DNA of 64,000 nucleotides, from the NCBI GenBank assembly GCA_963728925.1, contig CAVSMB010000003.1:3109-67108 (forward strand), written 5' to 3'. This document shows, piece after piece, positions 34,514-43,855 of the stretch (positions are counted from its first letter, which is position 1; each line of letters starts with the position of its first letter). The stretch comes from an uncultured Actinomycetes bacterium. GTDB taxonomy: Bacteria; Actinomycetota; Thermoleophilia; Solirubrobacterales; Solirubrobacteraceae. Position numbers and translations under genes: made by a program. The notes under the pieces were generated by a model that saw only the letters and a list, made by a program, of their open reading frames with translations, searched no databases and had not been told where the DNA came from.

Positions 34514-35986
34514 TCACTTCGCGTAGTCCACGGCGCGCGACTCGCGGATCACCGTCACCTTGATCTGCCCCGGGTACTCGAGCTCCTTCTCGATCTCGCG
34601 CGCGATGGCCTGGCTCAGGAGCACCGCGGTGTCGTCGTCGACGGCGCCGGGCTCGACGATGACCCGGATCTCCCGGCCCGCCTGCATGGCGTAGACCTTG
34701 TCGACGCCGTCGTGGCGGGTGGCGATCGCCTCGAGCTCGCGCAGCCGCTTGACGTAGTGCTCGAGCGACTCCCCGCGGGCGCCCGGGCGGGCGCCCGAGA
34801 GCGCGTCGGCCGCCTGGACGATGACCGCCTCGATGGTCTGGGGCTCGACCTCGTTGTGGTGGGCCTCCATCGCGTGGGCGACCGCCTCCGTCTCGCCGTG
34901 GCGGCGAGCGAGGTCGCCGCCCACGAGGGCGTGCGGCCCCTCGATCTCGTGCGAGACCGCCTTGCCGATGTCGTGCAGGAGCGCGGCGCGGCGGGCGGTC
35001 TTCGCGCTCGCCCCCAGCTCGTCGGCCATCATCGCCCCGAGCTGCGCGCACTCGACCGAGTGGGCGAGCACGTTCTGGCCGTAGCTCGTGCGGAAGCGCA
35101 GCCGACCGAGGACCCTCACGAGCTCGGGGTGCAGGCCCTGGACCTTGGCCTCGAAGGCCGCCTGCTCGCCCGCTTCGACCATGCGCTGGTCGAGCTCGGA
35201 CTTCGACTGGTAGAACATCTCCTCGATGCGGGCGGGGTGGATGCGGCCGTCCTGCAGGAGCTTCTCGAGGGTGAGGCGGGCGACCTCGCGACGGACGCCG
35301 TCGAAGCCCGACAGCACGACCGCGTGGGGCGTGTCGTCGACGATGAAGTCCACGCCGGTCAGGTTCTCCAGGGCGCGGATGTTGCGACCCTCCCGGCCGA
35401 TGATGCGACCCTTCATGTCGTCGGAGGCGAGCTGGACGACCGACACCGTCGTCTCGGCGGCGTGGCCGGCCGCGAGGCGCTGCATGACGACGCTGAGGAT
35501 CGAGCGCACCCGCCGCTCGGCGTCGCGCTTGGTCTCCTCCTCGACCCGGCGGACGATCCGCGCGCTGTCGTGCCGAGCCTGGTCCTCGACCTCGCGCAGG
35601 AGCACCTGCTTGGCCTGCGCGGCGCTCAGGTGGGAGACCCGCTCGAGCTCGCGGAGGTGCTCGCGCTTGCGCTCCTCGACGGTCGCCCGGACGCGCTCGA
35701 GCTCGCGCGTCCGGTCCTCGAGCGATCGCTCGCGCCGGGCGACCTCTGAGAGCTTGGCCTCCAGCGACTCCTCCTTCGACAGCGCCCGCTCCTCCATGCG
35801 AGCGAGCTCGGCGCGCCGCTCGCGCAGCTCGTCGTCGATCGCCGCGCGGTCGACGCCCGCGATCGTCGCGGGCGCCCCGGCGGGGCCCGTCGAGGCCGTC
35901 TGGGCGACCGAGCCCGTCCGCCGCAGCAGGACGGCGCCGCAGACGACGCCCACCGCCAGGAGTGCCGCCGCGATCACGATTGCCAT
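34514..35986 (-). CDS. rny: ribonuclease Y
   Basis: N-terminal TM anchor, coiled coil, KH domain (GRIIGREGRNIRALE) and HD domain (LLHDIGKAV). Confidence 0.93.
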   Translation of the reverse strand: MAIVIAAALLAVGVVCGAVLLRRTGSVAQTASTGPAGAPATIAGVDRAAIDDELRERRAELARMEERALSKEESLEAKLSEVARRERSLEDRTRELERVRATVEERKREHLRELERVSHLSAAQAKQVLLREVEDQARHDSARIVRRVEEETKRDAERRVRSILSVVMQRLAAGHAAETTVSVVQLASDDMKGRIIGREGRNIRALENLTGVDFIVDDTPHAVVLSGFDGVRREVARLTLEKLLQDGRIHPARIEEMFYQSKSELDQRMVEAGEQAAFEAKVQGLHPELVRVLGRLRFRTSYGQNVLAHSVECAQLGAMMADELGASAKTARRAALLHDIGKAVSHEIEGPHALVGGDLARRHGETEAVAHAMEAHHNEVEPQTIEAVIVQAADALSGARPGARGESLEHYVKRLRELEAIATRHDGVDKVYAMQAGREIRVIVEPGAVDDDTAVLLSQAIAREIEKELEYPGQIKVTVIRESRAVDYAK

Positions 35987-36267
35987 GAGTGTCCTCTCTC
36001 CACGGGCCCGGAGGGTGGCCCGAGCCCGGTCAGCTCTGTCGGTTGCGGTGCGACGACCGGGCCGTGCGAGAACACGGTAGGGATGACGGTGGCGGCGCCG
36101 TGCCGCCCTTCAGGCTGAGGCTAGAGGCGTCTGCGGTTCGGGTGTTTGGAAGCCGTCAACTGAAGGTGCCGTAAGGAAAGTGTGATGATTTGCTGGTGAA
36201 AAGGCCCTCACGGGCCCGGTCAATATCGCGTCTTTCGATCATACGACCGGTCGGTGGCCCGCGCAAA

Positions 36268-36281
36268 CGAACGCATGTTCA
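36268..36281 (+). promoter_or_regulatory. possible degenerate LexA box CGAACGCATGTTCA
   Basis: 13 of 14 positions match CGAACRNRYGTTYC. It lies in the rny/methyltransferase intergenic region, 108 bp upstream of GTG 36389. Confidence 0.35.
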
Positions 36282-36388
36282 CCGTCGTGCCAGGCGGGCC
36301 CTCTCGTTCCGTCGTTCGCCCGAGCCGCAAAGGAGAGCCGTGGGCTCCATGAGCGCTGGATCTTCCGTCAGCCGGGAGAAAGAACACC

Positions 36389-37195
36389 GTGGACGTCGAG
36401 GTCGTCAAGCAGCAGCAGCGGAGGATGTGGTCGGTCGGCGACTTCCCCGACGTCGCCCGGACGATCGAGCCGGCGTCGCGCGCGGTGCTCGAGGCGGTCG
36501 CCGTGCAGGACGGGCAGCGGCTGCTCGACGTGGCGACCGGCACCGGCAACCTGGCGATCCCCGCGGCGCTGGGCGGCGCGCACGTCACCGGCCTGGACCT
36601 CACCCCCGAGCTCTTCGAAGTCGCACGGGCGCGAGCGGCCGATGCCGGCGTGGTGGTGGAGTGGCTCGAGGGCGACGCCGAGGACCTCCCATTCCCCGAC
36701 GCGAGCTTCGACCGCGTCACGTCGGTCTTCGGGGCGATGTTCGCGCCGCGCCACGAGCTGGCCGCCTCAGAGCTCGTCCGCGTGACGCGCTCGGATGGCG
36801 GCGCCTTCGGGGTCGCGGCGTGGACGCCGGAGGGCCTCAACGGCGAGATGTTCAAGGTGGTCGGGCGCGCGATGCCGGCGCCACCGCCCGATGCCGTCCC
36901 GCCGCCCCTCTGGGGCAACGAGGAGCACGTACGCTCGCTGTTTCCCGGCGTCGAGCTCGACCTGACCCGCCGGACGCTGACCTGGGAAGCGGAGTCGCCC
37001 GAAGCGTGGGTCGCCTACAACGAGCGCGTGCTCGGCCCGACCATCCTGGCCAAAGCGGCGCTCGAGCCCGCCGGGCGCTGGACGGACGTGCGGGGCGAGT
37101 TCGTCGAGCTCTACGAGCGCCACAACCAGGCCGACGACGGGACGCTGCGCGCCGAGGCCGAGTACCTCGTCACGGTGGGCCGCCCGGCGGCCTGA
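36389..37195 (+). CDS. class I SAM-dependent methyltransferase
   Basis: Motif I RLLDVATGTGNLAIPAA, then acidic EGDAEDLPFPDASFD and SVFGAMF. Confidence 0.82.
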   Translation: MDVEVVKQQQRRMWSVGDFPDVARTIEPASRAVLEAVAVQDGQRLLDVATGTGNLAIPAALGGAHVTGLDLTPELFEVARARAADAGVVVEWLEGDAEDLPFPDASFDRVTSVFGAMFAPRHELAASELVRVTRSDGGAFGVAAWTPEGLNGEMFKVVGRAMPAPPPDAVPPPLWGNEEHVRSLFPGVELDLTRRTLTWEAESPEAWVAYNERVLGPTILAKAALEPAGRWTDVRGEFVELYERHNQADDGTLRAEAEYLVTVGRPAA

Positions 37196-37234
37196 GCGGC
37201 TGGGCGCGCGGCGCGAACTCGATGCGCGGACCTC

Positions 37235-37290
37235 CACCCGGCATCTCGGCCGGCTTGACGGACACCCGGCATCTCGGCCGGCTTGACGGA
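37235..37290. repeat. 28-bp perfect tandem duplication (CACCCGGCATCTCGGCCGGCTTGACGGA x2)
   Basis: Read directly. It is followed by a partial third start, CACC. Confidence 0.9.
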
Positions 37291-37341
37291 CACCGTTAGG
37301 GACTACTGGCGAGCTCGCTTGCGCCAGCACACGCAGGACTC

Positions 37342-38481
37342 CTACGCACGAGCTGCGACTCGATCCAGGGCGGCCGCGAGGCGTCCTTCCGGCCCTCTAT
37401 GTCGTGATGCGTTGATTCGTGCGCAGTAGCGGGCGATCGAGTCGAGAATTTGGTCGGCGGTTTTGGTCCAGACGAATGGTTTGGGGTCGTCGTTCCAGGT
37501 CTCGATCCAGGTGCGGATGTCGGTGTTGAGTGCCCGGACGGAGCGGTGCGCGCCGCGTTTGAGCAGCTTGCTGGTGAGCTCGGAGAACCAGCGCTCGACG
37601 AGGTTCAGCCACGACGAACTGGTCGGGGTGAAGTGCAAGACGAAGCGCGGGTGCGCGGCCAGCCAGCGTTGGATGGCCGGTGTCTTGTGGGTCGAGGAGT
37701 TGTCGAGCACGACGTGGACGTCAAGGTCGGCGGGGACCTCGCGCTCCAGCGTGGCCAGGAACCGCTTGAACTCGACCGCGCGGTGGCGTGAGTGCAGGCG
37801 CCCGATGACCTTGCCGGTCGTGAGGTCCAGCGCGGCGTAGAGACTCGACGTGCCGGCGCGCTTGTAGTCGTGGGTGGCGCGTTGGGGAGTGCCGGGCAGC
37901 ATCGGCAGGATCGGCGCGGTCCGGTCAAGCGCTTGGATCTGGGATTTCTCGTCGACGCAGAGCACGACGGCGCGTTCGGGCGGGTTGAGATAGAGCCCGA
38001 CGACGTCGCGGACCTTCTCGATGAACTGCGGATCCTTGGAGAGCTTCCATGTGTCCTGGCGGTGTGGTTGAAGCCCAAAGGCCTTCCAGATCCGCAGCAC
38101 GGCGGACTGGGTGAGCCCGACCTCGCGCGCCATCGAACGCGTCGACCAGTGCGTCGCGTCCTTGGGCGTGGTCTCCAGCGTGCGGACGACGACCTCCTCG
38201 ACCTGCTCGTCGGTGATCGTGCGCGGGCGCCCCGGCCGCGACTCATCGAGCAGCCCGTCGAGCCGCTGCTCAGCAAACCGGGCGCGCCACATCCTCGCCA
38301 TGTTGCGCGAGACCCCAAGCCGCTCGGCGATCTCGGTGTTCTTCAGGCCGTCGGCCGCAAGCAGGACAACCCGCGAGCGCTGCGCGAGCGCCTGCGCGCT
38401 CGTTCGCCGCCGCGTCCACGCCTCCAACTGCGCGCGCTCGTCATCGGACAACTCAATCGCAACAGCAACATTCGATGGCAT
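37342..38481 (-). CDS. IS630 family transposase (ORF reads through the left IR into flanking DNA)
   Basis: HTH N-terminus and DDE region LCVDEKSQ...VLDNSSTHKT...SSSWLNLVERWF. The last ~19 codons lie outside the inverted repeat. Confidence 0.9.
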   Translation of the reverse strand: MPSNVAVAIELSDDERAQLEAWTRRRTSAQALAQRSRVVLLAADGLKNTEIAERLGVSRNMARMWRARFAEQRLDGLLDESRPGRPRTITDEQVEEVVVRTLETTPKDATHWSTRSMAREVGLTQSAVLRIWKAFGLQPHRQDTWKLSKDPQFIEKVRDVVGLYLNPPERAVVLCVDEKSQIQALDRTAPILPMLPGTPQRATHDYKRAGTSSLYAALDLTTGKVIGRLHSRHRAVEFKRFLATLEREVPADLDVHVVLDNSSTHKTPAIQRWLAAHPRFVLHFTPTSSSWLNLVERWFSELTSKLLKRGAHRSVRALNTDIRTWIETWNDDPKPFVWTKTADQILDSIARYCARINASRHRGPEGRLAAALDRVAARA

Positions 38482-38528
38482 AACCCCCTCATGCCCCGCT
38501 GCGCACCATTTAACGCATCACGACACTA
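37398..38528 (-). mobile_element. IS630-family insertion sequence, copy 2 (unrelated to copy 1)
   Basis: Imperfect ~35-bp terminal inverted repeats: TA-TGTCGTGATGCGTTGATTCGTGCGCAGTAGCGGG (37398-) against the reverse complement of the right end, TA-G-TGTCGTGATGCGTTAAATGGTGCGCAGCGGGG (-38528). Confidence 0.8.
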
Positions 38529-38663
38529 GGACTGGCTGCGCACACGCGCCGGCGAGGCGTTCGCGGTGCGGCGCGATCTGGAGCTGTACGGCGTCTCCTG
38601 CCACCCTCGGGGCTTCCTCCAGCGTCGGAGCGGCGGCGCCCGGCAGAACCGCGCTCGCGACGA

Positions 38664-39143
38664 CTAAGCGCTCCGCTCGTGCTCCCGGATCGCCTCGTGA
38701 GCGAGCTCGAGGTCGTCCCCACGGCGGACGAGGAGGCCGAGCGCGCGGCCTCGGTCACGGTCCTCGCGTGGCGCCGCCGGAAAGCGACGCCGCAGGAGCT
38801 CGAGCGCGGCCTCGCGCTCCTCGTCGAGCGTCCGGGCGTCGAGGGCCGCGCGGACGTGCCCCGGGGCGACGCCCGCGATCAGCAGGCGCTGCTCGATGCG
38901 GTCCGGCCCCCAGCCGTCGAGCGCCCGGCGATCCTCGGCGAAGCGCCGCGCGTAGCCGGCGTCGTCGACGGCCCCCTGATCGCGCAGCGCCGCGAGCGCC
39001 TCGTCGATCAGCCCCGGCTCGACCTTGCGGCCTTCGAGGTGGCGGCGGACCTCCAGCTCGGTGCGCTCGCGCCGGGCGAGCGACCGGTAGGCCAGGTCGA
39101 GGACGTGGCCGAATGAGTCGAGCGCCTCGGTCGACACTTGCAA
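38664..39143 (-). CDS. recX: recombination regulator RecX
   Basis: Three-helix repeats (LAYRSLARRERTELEVRRHL...GAVDDAGYARRFAEDR) immediately downstream of recA. GTG 39137 is a possible alternative start. Confidence 0.88.
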   Translation of the reverse strand: MQVSTEALDSFGHVLDLAYRSLARRERTELEVRRHLEGRKVEPGLIDEALAALRDQGAVDDAGYARRFAEDRRALDGWGPDRIEQRLLIAGVAPGHVRAALDARTLDEEREAALELLRRRFPAAPREDRDRGRALGLLVRRGDDLELAHEAIREHERSA

Positions 39144-39190
39144 GCCTCCCTGCCGCGCGCCCGTCCGCCCCCCGGTCGCCCCGGTCGGCC

Positions 39191-40288
39191 CTAGGCGGCC
39201 TGGCCGTCGAGCGCGGCGAGCTCGGGCGGCTGCTCGCCGTCGGCGTGCTCGATGGGCTGGACGAGGTCGCGATCGATGCCCAGCGCCTCGTAGACCTTGC
39301 CCTCGATCTCCGCGGCGATCTCCGCGTGCTCGTCGAGGTAGGCCTTCGCGTTCGCGCGCCCCTGGCCGATCCGCTCATCCCCGTAGGAGAAGAACGAGCC
39401 CGACTTGGACACAATGCTGTGCTCGAGGCCGAGGTCGAGAATGCAGCCCGAGCTCGAGATCCCGCGGCCGAACTCGATGTCGAACTCCGCCTGGCGGAAA
39501 GGCGCGGCGACCTTGTTCTTGACCACCTTGACCCGCACGCGGTTGCCGACCGCCTCGGTGCCGTCCTTGAGCGTCTCGATGCGCCGGATGTCCAGGCGCT
39601 GGGACGAGTAGAACTTCAGCGCGCGGCCGCCGGGCTGGGTCTCGGGCGAGCCGAACATCACCCCGACCTTCTCGCGGATCTGGTTCGTGAAGACGCAGAG
39701 CGTGCCGCTGCGGTTGAGGTTGCCGGCCAGCTTGCGCATCGCCTGGGACATCATCCGGGCCTGGACGCCGACCGTCTGGTCGCCCATCTGCCCCTCGAGC
39801 TCGGCGCGCGGGGTCAGCGCTGCGACCGAGTCGATGGAGACGACGTCGACCGCGCTCGAGCGGATCAGCATGTCGGCGACCTCGAGCGCCTGCTCGCCGT
39901 AGTCGGGCTGGGAGACGAGCAGCTCGTCGATGTCGACGCCGATCCGCTGCGCGTAGAGCGGGTCCATGGCGTGCTCGGCGTCGATGAAGGCGCACACGCC
40001 GCCGAGCTTCTGCGCCTCGGCGAGGATGTGGTAGATCAGCGTCGTCTTGCCCGACGACTCCGGGCCGAAGATCTCGACGATCCGCCCGCGCGGCACCCCG
40101 CCGATGCCGAGCGCGAGGTCGAGCGACAGCGCACCGGTCGGGATCGCGTCGACCCGAACCTGGGCGCCGGGGTCGCCCATCCGCATGACCGTCCCCTTGC
40201 CGAACTCGCGCTCGATCTGGGCGAGCGCGCCCTGCAGCGCAGCATCGCGCGCCTTCGCGGTCTTGTCCTGCTCGGTCGTCGTCGCCAT
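39191..40288 (-). CDS. recA: recombinase RecA (no intein)
   Basis: KGTVMRMGD...[15 protein letters not shown]...FIDAEHA...[26 protein letters not shown]. Confidence 0.97.
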   Translation of the reverse strand: MATTTEQDKTAKARDAALQGALAQIEREFGKGTVMRMGDPGAQVRVDAIPTGALSLDLALGIGGVPRGRIVEIFGPESSGKTTLIYHILAEAQKLGGVCAFIDAEHAMDPLYAQRIGVDIDELLVSQPDYGEQALEVADMLIRSSAVDVVSIDSVAALTPRAELEGQMGDQTVGVQARMMSQAMRKLAGNLNRSGTLCVFTNQIREKVGVMFGSPETQPGGRALKFYSSQRLDIRRIETLKDGTEAVGNRVRVKVVKNKVAAPFRQAEFDIEFGRGISSSGCILDLGLEHSIVSKSGSFFSYGDERIGQGRANAKAYLDEHAEIAAEIEGKVYEALGIDRDLVQPIEHADGEQPPELAALDGQAA

Positions 40289-40413
40289 TGCTTCCTCTCG
40301 GTTCTTCTCGTCGAGTCCCGCACGCTAGGCCGGAGCGCGGACGGAACGGGACGCTAGAGCGAGAGGTGTGACAGGGGCGCGCAGCGCGGTGACGAGAGTG
40401 CCGCACCAGGGCC

Positions 40414-40448
40414 GCTCAGCCGCCCTGGCCGCGCCAGGGCGGCTGAGC
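40414..40448 (-). terminator. 15-bp perfect stem hairpin directly after the htrA stop (probable intrinsic terminator without a U-tract)
   Basis: GCTCAGCCGCCCTGG-ccgcg-CCAGGGCGGCTGAGC. The htrA stop codon is at 40451-40453. Confidence 0.55.
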
Positions 40449-40450
40449 CC

Positions 40451-41614
40451 CTACGGCTGCTGCTGGGTGGTCTGGCTCTGCTTCGGGCGATCGGCGAGCG
40501 TGACCGTCAGCGTCGTGCGCTTGGAGTCGCGCAGGACCTCGACGCGGGCCTCGTCGCCCGGCTCGAGGCTCGCGATCGCGGTCGCGACGTCGTCGGGCTG
40601 CTTGACCGCCTTACCGTTGACCGAGACGATCACGTCGCCGCCGCGGCCGTTGGGCGCCACCGCGCGGATGCCCGCCTGGTCGGCCGGGCCGCCCTGGACG
40701 ACCGAGCCGACGAGCGCGCCGTCGGTCACCGAGAGGCCGAGCTCCTTGGCGATCTCCGGGGTCACGTCGGCCGTCGAGACGCCGAGGTAGGCGCGCTTGA
40801 TCTCGCCGTTGCGCTCGAGCGCGGGCACGACCTGCTTCACGGTGTTGACGGGGATCGCGAAGCCCACGCCGCTGTTCGAGTCCGAGCCGTTGGTGGCGAT
40901 CTGCGCGTTGACGCCGATCACGCGGCCCTGGCCGTCCAGCAGCGGCCCGCCCGAGTTGCCCGGGTTGATCGCCGCGTCGGTCTGCACGACGCCGTCGATG
41001 GAGAAGCCGTTGGGCGAGCGGACCGTGCGGTCCAGCGCCGAGACGACGCCCGTGGTCAGCGAGCCGTCCAGGCCGAACGGGCTGCCAATGGCGACGGTCG
41101 GCTCGCCGACCCGCAGCTTGGAGGAGTCCCCCAGCGTCACCGGCTTGATGCCGCCCTTCACCTTGTCCGGGTCGATCTTGAGGAGGGCGACGTCGGTCGA
41201 TGGGTCGGTCCCGAGCACCTTCGCGGGGATCGGGTCCTGCTTCTCGCCGAAGCGGACCGTCACCGTCGTCGCGCGGTCGACCACGTGGTCGTTGGTGACG
41301 ACGCGGCCCTGGTCGTCGATGACGAAGCCCGAGCCGGTGCCCCCGCCACCGCCGCCGGTCAGCGGGTTGCCCCCGCCCGTGCGCGACTCGACCTGCACGA
41401 CGCCGGGCGAGACCTTGGAGTAGATGTCGGCCACACTCGAGTTGCGCGGCAGCGGAGCGGCGGGCGCCTGCGTGCCCGAGGACGTCAGCGGCGCGGAGGA
41501 CGAGGACCCGCCGTCGTCGCGATCGAAGACACCGGTGACGGCGAGGGCGACGACGGCCACCAACGCCACCGCGAGAAAGCCCGAGAGGGCGGCGAAGGGC
41601 GAGTGCTTGGACAT
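40451..41614 (-). CDS. S1C (HtrA/DegP-like) serine protease with PDZ domain
   Basis: N-terminal TM anchor, catalytic TNDHV / DVALLK / GNSGGPLLD, and a C-terminal PDZ domain (GALVGSVVQGGPADQAGI). Confidence 0.9.
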   Translation of the reverse strand: MSKHSPFAALSGFLAVALVAVVALAVTGVFDRDDGGSSSSAPLTSSGTQAPAAPLPRNSSVADIYSKVSPGVVQVESRTGGGNPLTGGGGGGTGSGFVIDDQGRVVTNDHVVDRATTVTVRFGEKQDPIPAKVLGTDPSTDVALLKIDPDKVKGGIKPVTLGDSSKLRVGEPTVAIGSPFGLDGSLTTGVVSALDRTVRSPNGFSIDGVVQTDAAINPGNSGGPLLDGQGRVIGVNAQIATNGSDSNSGVGFAIPVNTVKQVVPALERNGEIKRAYLGVSTADVTPEIAKELGLSVTDGALVGSVVQGGPADQAGIRAVAPNGRGGDVIVSVNGKAVKQPDDVATAIASLEPGDEARVEVLRDSKRTTLTVTLADRPKQSQTTQQQP

Positions 41615-41758
41615 GACGGCCAGGGTAGGAGGGCCGGCTAAGGAGTCGCTAAGCGTTGTTGAACGGCGCGTTCAACGCGCGCGAGGGCCCCGGCGGGGTG
41701 CGCAGTCGCGCGCGGGCGAACGGCAGCGACGAAGGGAGGGTGGCCCCGGCCGAAGCGA

Positions 41759-41785
41759 TCGACTCAGCGGGGTGCGCTGAGTCGA
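41759..41785 (-). terminator. 11-bp perfect stem hairpin in the thpR-htrA intergenic region (terminator or regulatory RNA structure)
   Basis: TCGACTCAGCG-gggtg-CGCTGAGTCGA, about 146 nt downstream of the thpR stop on the minus strand. Confidence 0.35.
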
Positions 41786-41930
41786 CAGGAATAATTGCCC
41801 TCAAGTCAGCACACCCCCCAGGATCGCCGCCTGACGTTGGGCCCTCCCTCCCCCTCGCCCGACGCTGTAGACGTTCGCGGCGCCTAACACTCGGGCGTCC
41901 GCCGACCCGCCGCGCCGCCGCCCACCCACC

Positions 41931-42515
41931 TCACAGCCCCCTGCGCGCGAGCACCTCATACGTCGCCCCCGCCGCGGTCGGGCGCGAGCGGTAGAGGGTC
42001 ACGGCGGCGCCGTCGAAGCGAAGCGGCGACGGCGGGCCGGGGCGGTCGCGGTGAAGGTCCCGGCGCGCGGCGCCGCGCACCCTCGCGACGGTGAGGTGCG
42101 GGAAGAACTGCCGGCGCTCGGGCTCGAAGAACGCGCCGGCCACGAGCGCGTCGGAGACGGCCGAGTGCAGGCTCGCGCACGCCTCGCCGGCGTCCTCCAC
42201 GGCGAGCGCGAGCAGTCGCGGGCCCCGGCGCGGGAGCCACACGGGCTCGCCCAGGCCCAGCCCGGGCACGGCCGCTGCGACGCCGGTCGCGGCCGTCGCG
42301 ATGTCCTGCACATCGCCGAGCTCTCGCCACCCGAGGAAGCACAACGTGACGTGCAGCGCCTCGCGCGCGACCGGACGCAGGTGGGGCATCCGCGCCAGCT
42401 CGCGCGCCTGCCAGTCGGCCACCGCGTCGCAGACGTCCTCGGGAGGGTCGAGGGCGACGAAGAGTCGCGCCCGACCGGTGGCGGCGTTGCGACCGGTGCC
42501 GCCGGCGGCGCTCAC
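41931..42515 (-). CDS. thpR: RNA 2',3'-cyclic phosphodiesterase (2'-5' RNA ligase family, ThpR/LigT)
   Basis: Two HxTx motifs (LHVTLCFLG and PHLTVARV). GTG 42515 overlaps the cinA stop (GTGA). Confidence 0.82.
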   Translation of the reverse strand: MSAAGGTGRNAATGRARLFVALDPPEDVCDAVADWQARELARMPHLRPVAREALHVTLCFLGWRELGDVQDIATAATGVAAAVPGLGLGEPVWLPRRGPRLLALAVEDAGEACASLHSAVSDALVAGAFFEPERRQFFPHLTVARVRGAARRDLHRDRPGPPSPLRFDGAAVTLYRSRPTAAGATYEVLARRGL

Positions 42516-43855
42516 GAGCGCGTCTGCTCGGCCTCCGGCCCCGCACCCCAGCTGACGTCGGACTCGCCCAGCGCCAGCCGGCGGATGAGGTGCATCGCCA
42601 CCGTGGTCGAGCGCTCGCGCACGTCGGCGCGGTCGCCCGGCAGGAGCACCGAGCGCGTTAGCCGCTCGCCCGCGCGGGTCGCCACCGAGAAGCACACCGT
42701 CCCGACCGGCTTCTCCTCGCTGCCGCCGCCGGGCCCGGCGACGCCGGTGATCCCGACCCCCAGCTCGGCGCCGAAGCGGTCGATCGCGCCATCGGCCAGC
42801 AGCGCGGCGACCTCGGTCGACACAGCCCCGAAGCGCTCGACGAGCTCAGCCGGCACGCCGGCGAGCGCGGTCTTGGCCTCGTCGGCGTAGACCACCAGCC
42901 CGCCGAGCACGAAGGCCGAGGATCCCGGCCGCTCGGTCAGCCGCGCGGCGAGCAGCCCGCCCGTGCACGACTCCGCCGTCGCGATGCTGCGCCCCGCGAG
43001 CAGGCCCGCGACCTGCTCGTCGATCGTCGTCCCGTCGGTGGAGAAGATGGTGTCGGCGTGGCGCTCGGCGACCCGCTGGGCGAACGTGTCGTAAACCACC
43101 TCGTCCTCGGGGCGGTAGGTGGTCGCGATCTCGATCTCGCCGCGGCGCAGGCACGTGGTGATCTCCAGCGGCGCCACCTCGACGCCCTCCTCCTCGAGCG
43201 CCCGCAGGGTCGCGGCGATCTCGGACTCGGGGATGCCGAACAGCCGCAGGATCCCCTGACGCAGCTGCGGCGGGTCGCCGATCGCCGAGCGGAAGGCCTC
43301 GGTGCGCACCGCCTCGCGCCACATCGGCTGCAGCTCGCGGGGCGGCCCCGGAAGAACGACGACGGTCGGGGCCTGCGCGCCCGGCGCCGGCGGGACGACG
43401 AGCCCCGGCGCCGTGCCGACCGGCTCGAGCACCGTCGCGCCCTCGGGGACGACCGCCTGCTTGCGGTTCGAGGCGCGGATCGCCTCCTCGTCGAGGTGTG
43501 GCCAGCGCTCGCGCAGCGGGGCGAGGATGCGCCAGATGCGCTCCTCGAGGCCTTGGTCGAGGACGAGCTCCCGGCCTGCGAACTCGCTCACGATCTGCGC
43601 GGTGAGGTCGTCGGCGGTCGGCCCCAGCCCGCCGCTCGTCACGACCACCGCCAGGCCCTCGCGCGCCATGAAGTCGAGCACCGCCCGCATGTCCTCCGGG
43701 CGATCGCCGACCACAATGATGTGTGCGAGGTCGACGCCGAGCTCGCGCAGGCGCTCGCTCAGCCACGGCCCGTTGCGGTCGGAGATGATGCCTGTCAGGA
43801 CCTCGGTGCCGGTGACCACGACGCCGGCGCGCGGGCCGGCGCCGCCTCCGGTCAC
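42512..43855 (-). CDS. cinA: competence/damage-inducible protein CinA (MoCF-like domain plus PncC NMN amidohydrolase domain)
   Basis: [21 protein letters not shown]...[15 protein letters not shown]...[16 protein letters not shown]...[13 protein letters not shown] 43855 inside track ORF 42512..44512. Confidence 0.9.
   Translation of the reverse strand: MTGGGAGPRAGVVVTGTEVLTGIISDRNGPWLSERLRELGVDLAHIIVVGDRPEDMRAVLDFMAREGLAVVVTSGGLGPTADDLTAQIVSEFAGRELVLDQGLEERIWRILAPLRERWPHLDEEAIRASNRKQAVVPEGATVLEPVGTAPGLVVPPAPGAQAPTVVVLPGPPRELQPMWREAVRTEAFRSAIGDPPQLRQGILRLFGIPESEIAATLRALEEEGVEVAPLEITTCLRRGEIEIATTYRPEDEVVYDTFAQRVAERHADTIFSTDGTTIDEQVAGLLAGRSIATAESCTGGLLAARLTERPGSSAFVLGGLVVYADEAKTALAGVPAELVERFGAVSTEVAALLADGAIDRFGAELGVGITGVAGPGGGSEEKPVGTVCFSVATRAGERLTRSVLLPGDRADVRERSTTVAMHLIRRLALGESDVSWGAGPEAEQTRS

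Noticed and set aside
34021-37290. Tandem repeats (30-bp units at 34021-34170; a 28-bp duplication at 37235-37290) considered as a possible CRISPR array.
   Set aside because: The units are directly adjacent with no spacers. The first set is in-frame coding sequence, the second has only two copies, and there are no cas genes in the window.
30533-38528. The two IS630 elements flanking miaB, the repeat protein, rny and the methyltransferase could form a composite transposon or mobile island.
   Set aside because: The two elements are unrelated in both IR and transposase sequence. The enclosed genes miaB and rny belong to the conserved syntenic backbone. No shared direct repeats bound the segment.
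41842-41860. G-quadruplex motif considered as a stand-alone finding.
   Set aside because: G-tract motifs are expected by chance in ~70% GC DNA. It is kept only as one component of the thpR-htrA spacer observation.
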